In this document: positions 1-13,700 of the stretch, in pieces
Position numbering within the stretch: the first letter of the stretch is position 1
How the letters are laid out: each line of letters starts with the position of its first letter
Source of the DNA: Catajapyx aquilonaris
Lineage: Eukaryota
Assembly: GCA_000934665.2 (NCBI GenBank)
Contig: JYFJ02000049.1
Span: 62,001 to 126,000 of the forward strand
Direction: 5' to 3'
DNA: 64,000 nucleotides
Translations under genes and position numbers: made by a program
Notes under the pieces: model-generated
What the model was told of the DNA's origin: nothing
The model's input: only the letters and a program-made list of their open reading frames with translations
Databases searched by the model: none

Positions 1-7
1 CGCCGCC

Positions 8-29
8 GCATTCATATGCAAATGAATGC
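8..29. promoter_or_regulatory. POU octamer (ATGCAAAT, 16-23) inside an 8-bp inverted repeat
   Basis: GCATTCAT(8-15)-ATGCAA-ATGAATGC(22-29); the arms are exact reverse complements. Confidence 0.3.
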
Positions 30-553
30 TCGGGGAATGGCATCCGTCACCATCAAGAGGGTGTACGGTACGTGTGAAGGGTACGGGCACCAACCGACGA
101 CCTGTCTTATTCTTCTTCCCCCCTCTGATTGATCTCTCCACCTTGATCAGCCGATAATCCAAACGCACATTGTCCTCGACACTACCTGTGACACTATTTC
201 CCAAAAGATGACAACGCTCTCAGGGGGAAAAAAAAGGTGATGAGGCGGAATGCGTGCCTCCCACACGTGTCTTGCCCTTGGCTGAATAATTATTGTCATC
301 GGCTATTTGCTGGCCGGCCTTCGGTCGACTTCCCGATGCCAAATGCTGGGGCGTATGGACACCAGTTCAACGAACTGGGCGGGAATGAAAAAGGTGCGAG
401 TATGTCTCGAGTGTTGTCCCCAGCAGTGGGACAAGATGGAGAAGAATGCCGTGACTTTACTCTTTTGCACCGGTTGCTACCTACTGGGCACTCCAGGAGG
501 CCTTAGGGGGAATCGCCCTATACACATTCACGTGACTATCATTATATGAGCTT

Positions 554-628
554 AGCCCGTTCAGGCTGTCATGGTAAGATGACCCAATCGGAGTACACAA
601 CGGTCCTGAGTTCGATCCCCGGCGGTTT
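554..628 (+). pseudogene. Degenerate tRNA-like sequence / tRNA-derived SINE head
   Basis: A-box-like GGCTGTCATGGTAA (564-577). B-box/T-arm GGTCCTGAG-TTCGATC-CCCGG-CGG (602-625) is two transitions from GGTCCCGGGTTCGATCCCCGG. Partial acceptor pairing 554-559 with 623-628; no intact anticodon arm. Confidence 0.35.
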
Positions 629-3319
629 TAGCCATCTTGTCACGTCCTATAGCTTTAGGTGCTGCTGGAGGGACGACCCAAAGTGGCCACATTGGGTGGT
701 CCCTTCCTGTCCTATTATGCACGCCAGGATGATCACAGCCTGGCCTCTCATAATTCGATTCCACTCCTGTCCCCAAATTTGTCCGTCCGTGATTCATTGC
801 ATCCTAGGGGACGGTGAATAATTTTTTAAAAAGGAAAGTCTTTTTTTTTTATTTGAGCGAATACCAGGACGGAAGGCATGTGGTAAACGCGAGGGTCAAA
901 GGCACACGGAACGAATGATTTAATTTTACAATGTGACATGAAGCGTTGTCATCAGAAAGCAAATGAGGTGGAACTTGTTACCGCAGTCATTTTGTATGTG
1001 AAATATTGTGCATTGGCTGCACCGTGGTGTTAAAAAGTGCCTGGAGCTACGTTTAGTACAGGCCAACACTGTAATAAGCAGCCATATTACACTGCGCATT
1101 TTTTTTGCACAACCTTATAATTTTAGTAACCATCAGTGAAAACTTGCCTATAACCCATCATTTCAAATGAGTGAGCACTAAATGGTGATTTAAAAATTAC
1201 TCCCTTCCACCCAATATTCCACGTGCATATTTTACGGAAGTATTAACCACCACACCTCCCTAAGCCGGAACAAATTGGCGCCATTTGTATCAACATTACG
1301 TTCGGACGCAAGCACGATTTCACTTGGACAAAAATGATGATTGAGCCTGGCAGACTAACGAGTTACATTCTGGGCATCCGATGTCGATAACGAGATCAAT
1401 TGGCCAGGATTTTCACGTATGCTATGTTACAACTACACCGCATTATATGTTTATATGTAACCTGAAACATGCTGCTGCAGACATAAAATCGCCTTGACCC
1501 CTCGCCACAGCTGTAAATCCCTACACCAGACATTTGCTCTACGCAATGCTAGCTAAATAATGGACAGTAATGGTGACATACACACTTGGCCGTTACTTTC
1601 CTTCCAGTCCCTCCCCAGCATGGTCGCTCTGAGAGACCCAAATCCCCGGGCTGGGCTCTGGATTTGCTCAAGGAGACTAGTGTGATGGTCGAAGCAGCAG
1701 CCCAACCCATGGATACGGGCTTGCAGAGACGCTATCTCTAACTCGAGGAGAAAAAAAAAATCCCCGGGATTGACCCCATGCAAGATGCCGTGAAAATATA
1801 TTCCAAACTCAGATTCGCATTCATCCGTGAAGACCATTTCTCTACACACCCTTTACCGCTTTTTTTTTGACAATAATAATCCGCCATATAATGCAGATTC
1901 AATTATATGCACATATGTGGTTCGATTCCGCACGATCAATCCTCGTGTCCAAAGTTAGTTCAGAGCGGCTCGAATCCATTTCTGGTCTGGAAAAAATTGG
2001 GGGGGATTTTTTTTTTTTTTTCGGGGTGCGTGTGAATTTGAAGGATGCAAATGAAGGCATGTTGGAGTGCCAGCTTCGTGCGAGATGAATGGGAAGGGGC
2101 GGAGCCAGATCGCATCCTGGAAAAAGTATGGGGGTAGAGAGTAAGGGGGGATATTCTAGTTGGTGTACAGTACACGCTCTAGACACGAGCCGCATACACG
2201 AGAAATTCCGGTTTCAGACTGCTCTCTTTTTACCACCCCATTTTTTTCTTTAGTGAGTGAATGACGGCCTGGAGAAAATGAGAAAAAAAAATATATAATC
2301 CCTAGGGGTTGAAAAGCACGGCCGTTTCAATCAACTACGACTTTCAAAGTCAACCTGCTGAATAATCCTTCCCAAGGCCCGCCTTATTTATCTCACTTTT
2401 TATATGTTGCAGTATACAACAGCATGGTACTGCTTTTTTTAGGATTGAAGGGGACATGAACCTCGAGGGGCACTTGTGCCGTCGGAATATACGCCTATCG
2501 GACATTTCCCAAGTTTCCCCTCGAGACCCAAGTGCCCGCATGAAATAATACTTTTTCCCCAATTCTTGCCAATCCCGGATTCAGACCCCGTCGCCTGGAA
2601 ACGCTTCTCCCAGCAACATCAGTTTCCTTTACTGCAACCTCGGGATTCTACGCCGGTACCCAACCTCATTTGCCGCACTTTCTCGCTCTTTTTTCTTCCT
2701 TCTCTTTCCTCCCCCGCGATCAATTCCAAATCCGAATCTCCCCAATGTACACACAGGATGGTACAAAAAAAATAGTTGTTGGACAATTCTGTATAGGTTA
2801 GCGAGTATTAAGTAGGACAGTCGATACTTGGTTATATAAATAGCTGAGGACACCTGCCAATCACCGCGCGCGTAATTAATTTTCATTATAAGCTAACGGC
2901 ACTTCATGCCAGTCTTCATTCCAATAATTACTGCAGTAGAGGGGCATAATATAACCGGCTCCTTCATAAGCCCAAAGTTGAGCAAGCGGTGAAGCAGAAG
3001 AATCTAGCTCCAAACAGCATTTCCCATTTGTTATGTGGAAAATCCGTGTAAATAACCTCCTTCCCTGCTGTGTAAGTACAAAAGGCGGGCGGTTCCGCTT
3101 CTCCACTAATATGCAATTACGACCCAAAGTCGCCTGTTGGAAGGATGATGATAAATAAGCTCAGGGTCTTGGGAACAAGGAGTGGGTGGAGACCCGAATG
3201 ACAACAACAACACAGGTCAGTTTCCGTGTATATATAAACTCATCCGAATCTACGTCTTCCCCTATTTGAACAAATGGCAATGATCCTCGGATTCGCAGGA
3301 ATGCACCCTTAACAGTATA

Positions 3320-3328
3320 CACCCTGTA
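3320..3328 (-). mobile_element. Solo Tc1/mariner-type terminus (TA+CAGGGTG)
   Basis: caccctgta; reverse complement TATACAGGGTGTATAC. One of 8 exact TACAGGGTG copies in the window. Confidence 0.35.
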
Positions 3329-5447
3329 TATAGTAAGCCGGTGTGACGAACGAAAATGTCAGTGTCTGTTCATTTCCCTGAGAGCACGCAATTTGAGGTC
3401 ACCTGACACTCGAGTGTGACCTTTCTAGGTCTGTGCTCAGCCAGGGGTCTCCGCCTTCCCTTGTTTCCAGCAGGGATTCAGCTTCACAGGACGAAGACAA
3501 CGAGGCGAGATTGACACCCTAGATAAAGTGCAAGGCATGTTATACACTCGCCCAATCGCCCTCACTCTCTTGCCGTCCGATTCGTCTTGGACCGGGGCCT
3601 CTTTGACAGACACATTAATTGGGGCATGATTACGGAGCAACATCGTCCCCTCCGGTGCGCCATCTTGGTCCACTTCACAATCTGGAACCGGTTCAATTTG
3701 TATTTACTATGGATTGTCTGGGGGCCCACGGATGGGGCACCGCACCTTGGGCACCATCCACTCTAGTAAAACCGCCGGCCATCTTGTTAAGGAAGGTGGT
3801 GGGCTCAATTTCATCTGAATCCCCAACATGGCCCGGCGCCTCATCGACTTGGCCCATGAAGGAGAGACGCTCCTTGAGGAGCATCAAATAGAGTCACACT
3901 TGGTTGATTATTCTCGCCTTTCGTGGCAGATGATAATGTGGGCACATCCAATGTGCCTCCGAGGCCACTTGGGCTCAACCGACCGAACCAACCCCCTTTT
4001 CCATATACATTTTTTTTCTCTCTCTTCCTCCAAAAGAGCCTGCTCTTCTTGGGAGTTGCAAGCATGCAATTAGGCTCTGGCTCTCATAAGCCCGGAAGGG
4101 CTGCTTGCTCACTGTTCCAGACGCTGACGGGATTTCATGGAGAGAACCACCACCACCACCCTACAGAATATCCTCTTCTTCGGAACCACGCCTTCTCCCG
4201 TGGCCAACCTCATCTCTCGGGGCCTGTGTCAATGGAGTCTGAGGCAAAAGGGGGGACTTTTGGGGGGGCTCCCGTACTTGATTCCCCATCCCTCCAGATT
4301 ATTGGATGATGTCACCACTCAATCGATGGCCGCCAATTACCCGCAACTCTCTCCCCCTGCAGGCTCTTCTTCCTTTGGGGACCCGGATTCAATCTAACGG
4401 ACCATCCTATATACCACCAATTTCCACCACCCCTATACAACCGACATCTATAAGGCCGGAGCACCTGGATGCGGCTGCAGGAGTCGTATTACGTGATTGC
4501 CACTGTCCAATCAAATGATCCGGACCAAAGCTAATTTGAACTCGCTTGATGAGAGCCTCTTTCAGCCTATAGGAGCCACCACTGCTCCTTCAACCAATCA
4601 GATAGGACAACGTAGCAGTTAGTAGCAGTAACAAAAATCGCTGCTATTTTCATCTGGAGCCACGCACTCTTCGGCAACTTTGTTTCCTCCGGGTCCATAA
4701 TGGCGGTACGAGTGCGCAAAAAGCCCTGTCACTTTTGACACGAACCATGAGCTGGACTAGCTCATATTTTTCCCATACGGGCTGAGTCGTCCCCCTCACA
4801 TCCATCCATCCCTTTCTCCAGCAACAAGCTGCCCTGCAGCTGTTTTTGGGGGACCACCCAAATCATACTTATTCAATAGATCAACCCCATCGAATATTAC
4901 TGTCCGTTCACAGAGCTACGATAAACGGAAGGCAACGCAGCTCATCGACGAGTCAACGTTTACGTTATGGATTTATTTTTAGTCCCAAGGAAATAAGGGG
5001 CGTGGTAGCCCCTTCTTCTGGTGCCGAACCTCCGAAGAGAGGTCGCAGCATCCTCTTTTCCTCCCACATTCATCATCGGCAAGCAGCATCGTGCTGCCTC
5101 ACCCCCGGCATGGCACCACCAAAAAGAGTTCAATTTCGCCACCATGATTGATCGCTGCCACTTGAGAAACCCGACGCCCCGCATTGAACTGTTTGTCTCC
5201 GATAGTCCCCCCCTCCTACGAATTTCTGAACACTTTTCCTCCCCTTACAGGCCATGCCCTTTTAAACCCGGGCGATGTGTTTACAAACAGATTTGCACTT
5301 GAAATGGGTTCTTCGCGCCATCCTAGTGTCGGTCCGGACCATAAATCGTCTGAACATAATGAAACGGAATCGAAGTATGATGGAGTGAGGTAGTATAAAT
5401 AAATAAGTGGTAGAGTGGAGAGAGAGGGTTGGGTTGTAATCAGAGTA

Positions 5448-5464
5448 GGTGGTGGTGGTGGTGG
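5448..5464 (+). repeat. (GGT)5 microsatellite
   Basis: ggtggtggtggtggtgg read directly. Confidence 0.85.
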
Positions 5465-6718
5465 AAGTGGTAGTGAAAGGAGCCGGCTGCGGGCTTTTTG
5501 TCACCTCTGCTCCTCTCACCCCCGTCCCCATCCCCAACCCATCTCTTTTCCATTCCCTCACCCCATCTTCTGTGCTCTGGCTGTCTGCCCACAACCAAAC
5601 CGCCAGCCCAAAAGACCACAAGCCATCCCCATCTTGCTGATGGAGGCGCCAGATAAGCACCACAAGGGACGCAACAACTTGGTTTTAAAATCCGTCAATA
5701 ACCCGTTTTTAAACTAGGTGGCACCAAACAGAAAAATTGATTCAATCCCATCCTATACGAAACCTCTTTCGAACTCCCACACAGTCTTATAAGAACTACT
5801 TGAACTCATTGGAGCTAGAACTTCACAAAAATGCATTGGGGGAGAGACGACAAGTTTCACCCTCCAGCAGGCTCGACTATTATAAACTGGGAAGGGTGAT
5901 AACCTTTGAACGGCCACATGTTATTTCCAAGGCTGGAAACCATTTCAAGGTCGTAATTTCTGATACCCAGAGTCGACCACTACCTACAAATGGGTGTACC
6001 GGGTGAGCCCGATGCCCATCTCGAATTAGGGCAACAGAAGCGCCCTTGAAAGAAAATATATCCGCCTGAACAAACACTAACCCGGCAAGCAGGTGATTGC
6101 AATAGTTCTCCACCCACATCACTGATAGATTTTTTTTTTTCTGTGTGTTCCTGTTGTAGACCGGTTGGCAGTGAATTAAGGATTGAGTGGCACATCCCTA
6201 CTGCTTTCTTTTTGGTGAGGAAGTGGACACTGGGTGGGGGTGTGTGAATTGACAGACACTATTCAGCATATATCCCAGCCAGTGATGGAGGACATGAAGT
6301 CCGCTCAGGAGAAGCTGACAGGAGAAAGTCAAATCCGTCCTGTTCTTGAATGGTGAGTGACAACACGTGGGCCTAAAACGGCTCGTGACGGCTCCAGGGC
6401 GTGGGAAATGCCTCGTTTTTTTAAACCCCCCCAACTCCAATACTGTATTCCACCCTTGAGGACCAGGGCGTCTCCGGATATTAATGCCCTACTAATTGGT
6501 TCTCTGATTAATGAAATCGACCCCCGGTCCGGACGCAAAAAATTGCACTTGTAGAGCCCCCCCCATCCGTTGGCCACAATTAATGCCAGACAGCCCTATT
6601 TGTTTCACTTCGCTGCCGTCCGACAACATTCGTCTGTGTTGGTCCTACACCGCGCATATTCATCTCGTCCTCTAAGTACGTACGCCATCCCTCGGATCAA
6701 TCAGGATGCTGCTTTGTC

Positions 6719-6812
6719 ACTCACTCAGATTTATGTGACACTTCTGACAACAAATTTGTGCGTCCTTTTCGCCAAACGCCTCACCTGCAAGGAAGAAAAA
6801 TTTACATTAATG
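6719..6812 (-). other. Candidate recursive splice site with 60-nt cryptic exon (6784-6725)
   Basis: Minus strand: CATTAAT (branch-like, A at 6807) GTAAA TTTTTCTTCCTT GCAG|GTGAGG, with AG at 6786-6785 and GT at 6784-6783. Second donor CTGA|GTGAGT at 6724-6719. Confidence 0.6.
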
Positions 6813-7049
6813 ACATATTCACAACACATGGCCGCATCAACAATGCTATTGTCCTACCCTATTTATACCATGTATAAATCAAGAGGGCAGGTGCAGGTTA
6901 CGGGACAGCGATGCCAGCTTAGCTCCTAATTGGTCTGGCACCTTTTCTACCCTCAGAAAATGCACGAACATTCTCACCTAACCCAAAAGAGGCCGAAGAC
7001 CCCTTCTGGGCCAGGGTACAAAAAAAAATTTAGTTGAAAAATTGCGCCC

Positions 7050-7232
7050 TTGAAAATTTTTGGGGAAGGCAAGAAGCCCGCCAGCAGCTTCATGTCCAGA
7101 AGAAACAAGAAGGCGGTTGCAAAGCTTATCGGGGTCTGCTCCGACGGCGCAAACAAATGACGGCGGGAGGGCCCTTTGAGAAGACGCCGCCTTTTCCCCC
7201 GACACCCCCGTTCCACTTCATTACGCCACCAG
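7050..7232 (+). pseudogene. Possible highly decayed hAT transposase fragment
   Basis: Translates LKIFGEGKKPASSFMSRRNKKAVAKLIGVCSDGAN, then (-1 shift) MTAG, then HFIT(+1)HQ. Resembles hAT KLVGxCTDGAxxMTG ... HCxxH motifs but needs two frameshifts. Confidence 0.2.
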
Positions 7233-10200
7233 CCCTCCTCTAGGGAGAAAACCTCGGGTCTGCTGCAAAGCATTGCCTGTTTCAGACCATGCTGCGGGGA
7301 GGAGATGGGGATTGGAGTTGGGAGGAGAAAAAAAAGGCCGAAAAACTTCTTTTTTTTCACGTTTCTGGCTCGTCTTTTGGCGCAATCAGGGTGTAGTAGT
7401 GATGAGCACCGATGCGCACTGTCGGGTCTCGTCAGTCCCATTCACCGCAACATTGGGTGCTCCACGAATGGCAGATGCGTTGCTTTCGGACCGTGAGATT
7501 TCCTCAAACAAACTCCACTTTGTAAATGAGCAATCAGAAAGTTTCGTCTAGAGCTAAACCTGGCCTGAAGTATACACCGTACAGCTCTCTCCCCCCAAAA
7601 ATAATTATAATAACAGCAAAAAAGAAGATGTTCGCAGATGATTCTTGACGTTAACAATACAACGTGCATACATATAATTATATGCCTCATATTTCCTTGT
7701 GGGGGCGGAAAGGTCACACACTTCAAGCAGCAAAAATCACACCAAAAGAAAAAGCCGCTTCCTTTATAAAACCTGGCGTGCAAGGTGCGTTGAATCAGTC
7801 TGCCCATCGCAAAGTCAGATAAGGACATCCAATGTACAGTTTACAGAGCGCGTGTGTCCCACTTCCAAAAAGCCGCGAGAAAATCAATTCATCTTTACAT
7901 GCCGGAAAATTGTTTCAAGTGTTCCCATGTTCCCCAACAATATACTGGAAATTCTTTGCATCCCACCCGCTCCTGTTTTACAAGCCGATTAACAAATCTA
8001 AGGAAATGTAGCCTCCGGGGTATATGGGGTCTGGAGGAGAAAATTGGTGCACGCAGCCCCAGCATTTTCTTGCGAGGAGGCGGAAAAGAATGAATCAACC
8101 CCAAATCGAATTCACCATCAAAGAAGACAAGGGAAAAGCCCCTCAGGCCTTATTTGAAGTAAGAGGAAGAAGAATAAAAAAGGGGGGGAGGAGGGGGAGG
8201 ATGAGGAAAAAAATATTCTTTTGAAACACTCTTGTTTGACAAATAAAGTCGCCGGAAGCTCCTCAAGTGAGTGTGGAATGATGGAGGATGGCAGGGGAAC
8301 CAGATCTACATCAAAGGGTGGGGAGGGGTGAATTCAGGATTCTGATATTTGCATTTCATGAGATGGAAGTAAATCTCCGCCACGTCGAACTAAAAATAGA
8401 CCTTCCAGATTCATCATTTCCCGTCATTCTTGAAAACTGGAAGTGGGGGGAAGCAATGAAAAGCACATTATTACTCCCGTGGAAAAAAAAAAAAATAGAG
8501 TAGCAGACTATTGTTTTGCGCGTATTGACGAAATTCTGGAAAAAAAAAGATTCAACAATTAATGAGGGGAAGTGCATCGAAGTGTGGGAATGGCTAAAAA
8601 GGAGCTCGTACATCATCATGAGGTTCAGGCAAAGCGGAAAATAATGAGCCCGGAAGCTGCTGGCAGGCAGGCTGGAGGTCAAGATCAACCTCGGTCGCCA
8701 TTGACAAATTACTCTGGAGAAGTGCCTACGTAGCCGTCGGGGCTCGTAAAAGGCAACTCGGCACACATCCATGATTATAAAGAGCGAAGGGCTAGCCTCG
8801 GTCTGCATGGAGGTATTCGACCATCGCCGCTCGATTAGCCGAACAATGGCCCTTGTTAAGCGTAACAAATGAACTCCGCGGTTTCGAGCACTCGGTCCTA
8901 TCGCACGATAATCATTACATATACCGTTTCCACACTTCAAGCATTACGGCCAAGATGAAGATCGCGGATTAAAATGAATTTAGTGCCAAACATGCAATGG
9001 TACAGTTCGTCATAAATAATGTGCAAGCCGCTGAGGGGTAAAGTGATACAAAGTTTCCGTTTCCAGATTGGCAAGAGCAACTTTCCAATTCGGATCTGGT
9101 GCGAAAGAACATTGGCAAGAAGTGGTGCTGTCGTGCATTTCTGAGGTTATTTTGGGCGCAATTCATTAGACCGCTCATTGCTTCCGCTCTGGCTGATATA
9201 CCTTGCCACAAAGGTGGAGCTCTCATTAGTGCTAGACAACGGCCCCTGAATGAAACATTCGCCTCGACATGTGGGCCGAGCCAATTTAATTTGGACAGAA
9301 AAAATATATATACACGACACGTCGACCACAACCCGTCTTGCACATGTGCATGCCCACAAAGGACAACTAAATGCGGTTCCCACCCCCCCTATACTTATTT
9401 CGCGCGCAATTTTGTGCAATTAACCAGGTGGCAAACGCAGACCTAACGTACATAGCAGGCTTCTCTGACCGCAAAACCCTGACACCTGTCTACACGCTTT
9501 GCCAAAGAGAAAACAGCATCCGTTTGAAGGTGTCCCGAGGGCCGACAAGTACTCCAAAAATCAATTACGTCTGGAATTTATTACACACGCACGTACGGAA
9601 AAAGTCCGGATAAGAATGATTGATCATCCGGCAGTACAAGGGAGGGTTCCGGCACTATTTTGGACATACCTTACTAGAGCTAATCAGGTCCTTTCACGTC
9701 GTCCTTTGAGCGGTAAGAGGATCCCCGTATTCCCTACGTTCATTTTCCCCAAAGCCCCCGCGTGAAAACGCTTCCTTTTCTTCATGTTCCCCTCACCACC
9801 CTTTGGAGGATCCTTCCAGACTTCCTTCCTAGTGGGGCTTCACCCCCGAACATTGAGAAAAGGCTCACAAATCCAGTTCATCTCCAGTGCCTTTTTACCC
9901 CAACAGCACCCCCTTCATTGCATTGTACCCCTGCCATATGGTCACCATCGATTTCTTCTTATTAAGTCTTATTTCACAGCGATGTCAATCTGATGCAGCT
10001 GTGGGTTCAGACGGACAAAAGAAGCGACGGGACATGTTCCGACAGCGATACACATCAAATTTAATAAATAAAAAAAATCCAGATCTGTTGTGATTGGAGG
10101 GTCAGAACCACCTACTGCCCGATTGATCCACTGATCTGATCAGTTACGCGCAACAAGTGACGGCAATGACCCGGAACTAGAGGAAATGCTCACTTGGTTT

Positions 10201-10761
10201 GGACACAAGCTGATGGGTCAAAGGCCGAAAGGGGGATTGTGTGAGAAAGATTGCAACCCCAATTAGCGGGTTGGGTTCTTGAGAGATGGACACGATTCCG
10301 CAGCAGCCAATTAGGAGGTGGCCCACACAAAACCGTGCACTCACAAAAAAGGATGCATCCACACCTTTTTCCTTCCTTTCTTGAGGTGAATTTGAATGGG
10401 GGCACGCAAACACCTCTTGTGTCTTGTCACTCATTCCTGCCCGGAGTCATCTCCCACACGATATATTCGCACGGAACTGCAGAATCAGCCAATTAAACCC
10501 TCCCAATTTCATGTAACGAGCGGTTGTGATCAGAATTTTACTGTCGTTTAATTCGCGACCTGTTTCTCCCTACCAGCATACACAAAACGATGTTGCCAGA
10601 TTTGCTGGTTTTAAATCGGCAACCTCCAGGAAGGATGAAGCGCCTTGCTGACAGGATAGAGGGCGGTTTAATTGAATTTCAAAGTTGCTGTAGCAGGGGA
10701 AAAGTAATGTCCATGGAAGACACGCCCTCTAATTTTTTTTTCGGGGGAGAAGGCCCATCAG

Positions 10762-10783
10762 TTTTTTTTTTTTAAAAAAAAAA
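10762..10783. repeat. T12-A10 homopolymer junction (20-bp perfect palindrome)
   Basis: Twelve T (10762-10773) immediately followed by ten A (10774-10783). Confidence 0.85.
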
Positions 10784-13700
10784 GAGGGGGGCGTCAGGTG
10801 GGGCGGTATTAATCAGTTGTGACCTTGAAACGGGGCTCACCTTAAGAATAACGAAGTCCATGGTCGCTTTGGGCCCAGCTTCCAAACACCTCATTGTCGT
10901 CCTTGTCCTTGCTCACATCTTCCGGATTCTACCCCTTTCCCTTATTCCCTTACATAGCCATCTGGCCCTCTAGGCACCACCCCTCTTCCTGACTCAGCTG
11001 TGTATACACACCGCGGATATTGGCCTGCCAAGCGATATCCGCTTCTCCAAATATCCCCCGTCTCTGTCACTCAACCCTAGAGGGGAGCACCGATTAATCC
11101 GTCACTACACGTGCGGTTTGGCAAAGCAGGGTACACGGACAGACCCTTCCGTAGTGGTCGCGCGACTACGACTGGGCTCAGCTCCGGACCACAGCCGCAC
11201 TGGAGGGCTCCTGCGGCCTACAGACGAACCACAGCCCCCACCCCCCATGCCTACGAACTTTTTTTTTCTCTAGCTCTTCTGGGGTCTTTTTCCGAAGGGG
11301 CCGCTGCCCTCGTCGTTGGGGCGTGGAATCGTCGTCAGGGTGGTGGACTAGTGGAGAGGTCCATCTTCTGCATTATTGCTCAGGCTTGCTCCATCAAACT
11401 CACATAGGTCCATAAGTCACGTTGGGATTGGGAAAAAGTGTGGGTTGTTCCAATACTGAACAAGACGCGCTCGAGACGTGGTCCAAATTGGGAAAAAGCC
11501 CAATCTGATAAAAGTGAGGCAACAATCACTGTGAATGTTGTTGATAAACAATTCGCAAATTGCCGCCTCATCCACCTTGGATTATAACCTTGGGCACTCT
11601 ATCATCGTGTGTACAGTATACAGTACGATAAATATGCTGCACATTGATAATCCTCCATGTGAACCCAAAAAATTCTGTAATGAGGCGCAAGTGTCCACTG
11701 ACAGTACAGTTTACTGTAATATACTGCAAACTCCGGGGAAATCCACGCATTCATAATTCATACGGTAATTTTGCAAAATCTCAATAATGAAGTTAAGCGC
11801 AGAATATCGCAGCCAATTATGTGGCCTTTGACGTCTTCAAATTGCAAAAATTGAGTGAAGTAGCCAGCATATGAACGCCTCGCTCTAATTATGATACAGT
11901 ATATTTAAAAAAAGAAATTAACTAACTTTTCCTCTATAAAGTGGCCCATATTATACATTCATTAACATCTAAGTGGAGCTGTATTTGTAACTTTTGTGAC
12001 TGAAAATTGCACAGAGGGTGAAGTGCTTGTTCCTAATCACTGAGAGCTCTCTGCTCCCTAATGGACTAATCATTATTTAATGGACACACATCGGTGGACC
12101 ACTCAACACATGACGTCAGGAGTGCAGGCCATGCTAGGAACTGTACTCTATATATCCAGGTGCACATAGCAGTTGCCCTCCGGCGGTGAATTACAGTAAT
12201 TTCATTTCAACTATCAATTAATTACTATTTAACCGGAGAATTAATTCAATATTTGTAAACAATTATTAACTAATATATATCTTCCATCTCATTAGGCTAA
12301 TATGATGCACTGTATACACTCTAGTTGCAATGATATGGCCCATGACTTCTGATGATTGTATGTTTCTTTTGTCTCTAGGGACACTGCACAATTGCAATTT
12401 CTATAATGTATCACCGTGGGCCTTGAACACTCGAGCATTTCACACACTGAAAAGCATCTCCCCTCACGCAAACCTCTGAGAGTAAGGTAATTGCCAGCAA
12501 AACTAATTCATTATCACAGGGGCAGCACGACATAACCTTCGTCAGTCAAGCCAATTATGACAAAATGCATCACACTTCACCTCCAAAATGGGCCATTTGT
12601 AACCGAGATTTATGCTTTCCAGCCATATATGAGCAGGTGGCCACATATTAGGAAGTGACAGGCGAGCAAATGACCCATGTCCTGCCCAATGTCTGCTTAC
12701 TTTCTGCTTGCTTATGTGTACAAGAAGCTGCAGGGACTCGGAACGAATGTCGGTGAGAGCAGTTGGGCGTAAAATAAATTCCAACCCTCGAAATGTTTAA
12801 GTCTTCTCCCTTCCATGACCTTTCCTACCACGGGACAGCATATGCCTCGGATTATCTCCCAGACTCCTTTATTTATAGTCATCCAATTGTAATTTATGCT
12901 GCTTTCTTCTTAGGGGGGAAGTCGTGGGGGGAAAGACAGCAAAAAGAGCCAAAACGTCTTCCGAATAACATTGAACAAAGGCGGGGGTGTTGGACCCCAC
13001 CGGGTGCGAAAAGAAGGATCCTGGTGACACATCGGGGAAGGAAGTCTGCTTCAGGGGCTGACATCTGTTTTCTTCAGACCTGATTTGTCTCCGCCACGAT
13101 TCGAAACATTTGTCATCCAAACTGGGAACCATTTTTTTAAAAAGGTGTCCGTCTTAATTATATCCCAGATTTTTCCGGTAGGTCCACCGGTAGCCGTTTG
13201 TCCCAAGGTGCGCCCCAGGGGCAGCTCTACGGGCGGTACGATTACGCCTTTTTTCTCAAAGACGTCAAAGTCGAGGGGGCATTTCCATGGCAAAAGTTCC
13301 TCTCTTGCCGAGAGGGCGGGGTACGTAAGACTCGCCCTCTTTTGTCCCTCATGGTGCTTTTGTGGTCTCTTTTCTCTGTGTCCCCTTGGTGTCCCCAACA
13401 GCTTCGAAGGGGGGAAGAGGGGTTGGGCAGGACCGGAATAATCCAAGGAGGTGCTCGAATTGCTGCGCTTGTTACAAGTGACAAGGCTTGACATTTTTAG
13501 GGAGGGGGGAAAGTGTCGCGAATCGGAACGTCGGTTCCTCCTCTGCTTCTGGACATGTCTTGTGCCGCGGCATCAAAAGACGCCGGCAAAAGACTGAATC
13601 CGACGTCGGCGGCTGTAGCTTTCAGACAGGAAAAAATAGACATTCCGCAAACATCTGTTTCAACTTTCAGACCAGCCTTCGAGCTTGGCTTAGAAAAGTG

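Noticed and set aside
1916..1932. Perfect B-box/T-arm TGTGG-TTCGATT-CCGCA
   Set aside because: No A-box, D-arm or acceptor stem upstream.
893..10227. Two DR1-like GGGTCAAAGGC sites (893, 10215)
   Set aside because: Second half-sites are imperfect, and shared 11-mers are expected by chance in 64 kb.
13198..13491. ORF containing FPWQK, reminiscent of a Hox hexapeptide, near possible donors
   Set aside because: Lacks the Met of (Y/F)PWM, has no convincing acceptor or start, and no homeobox is seen in the window.
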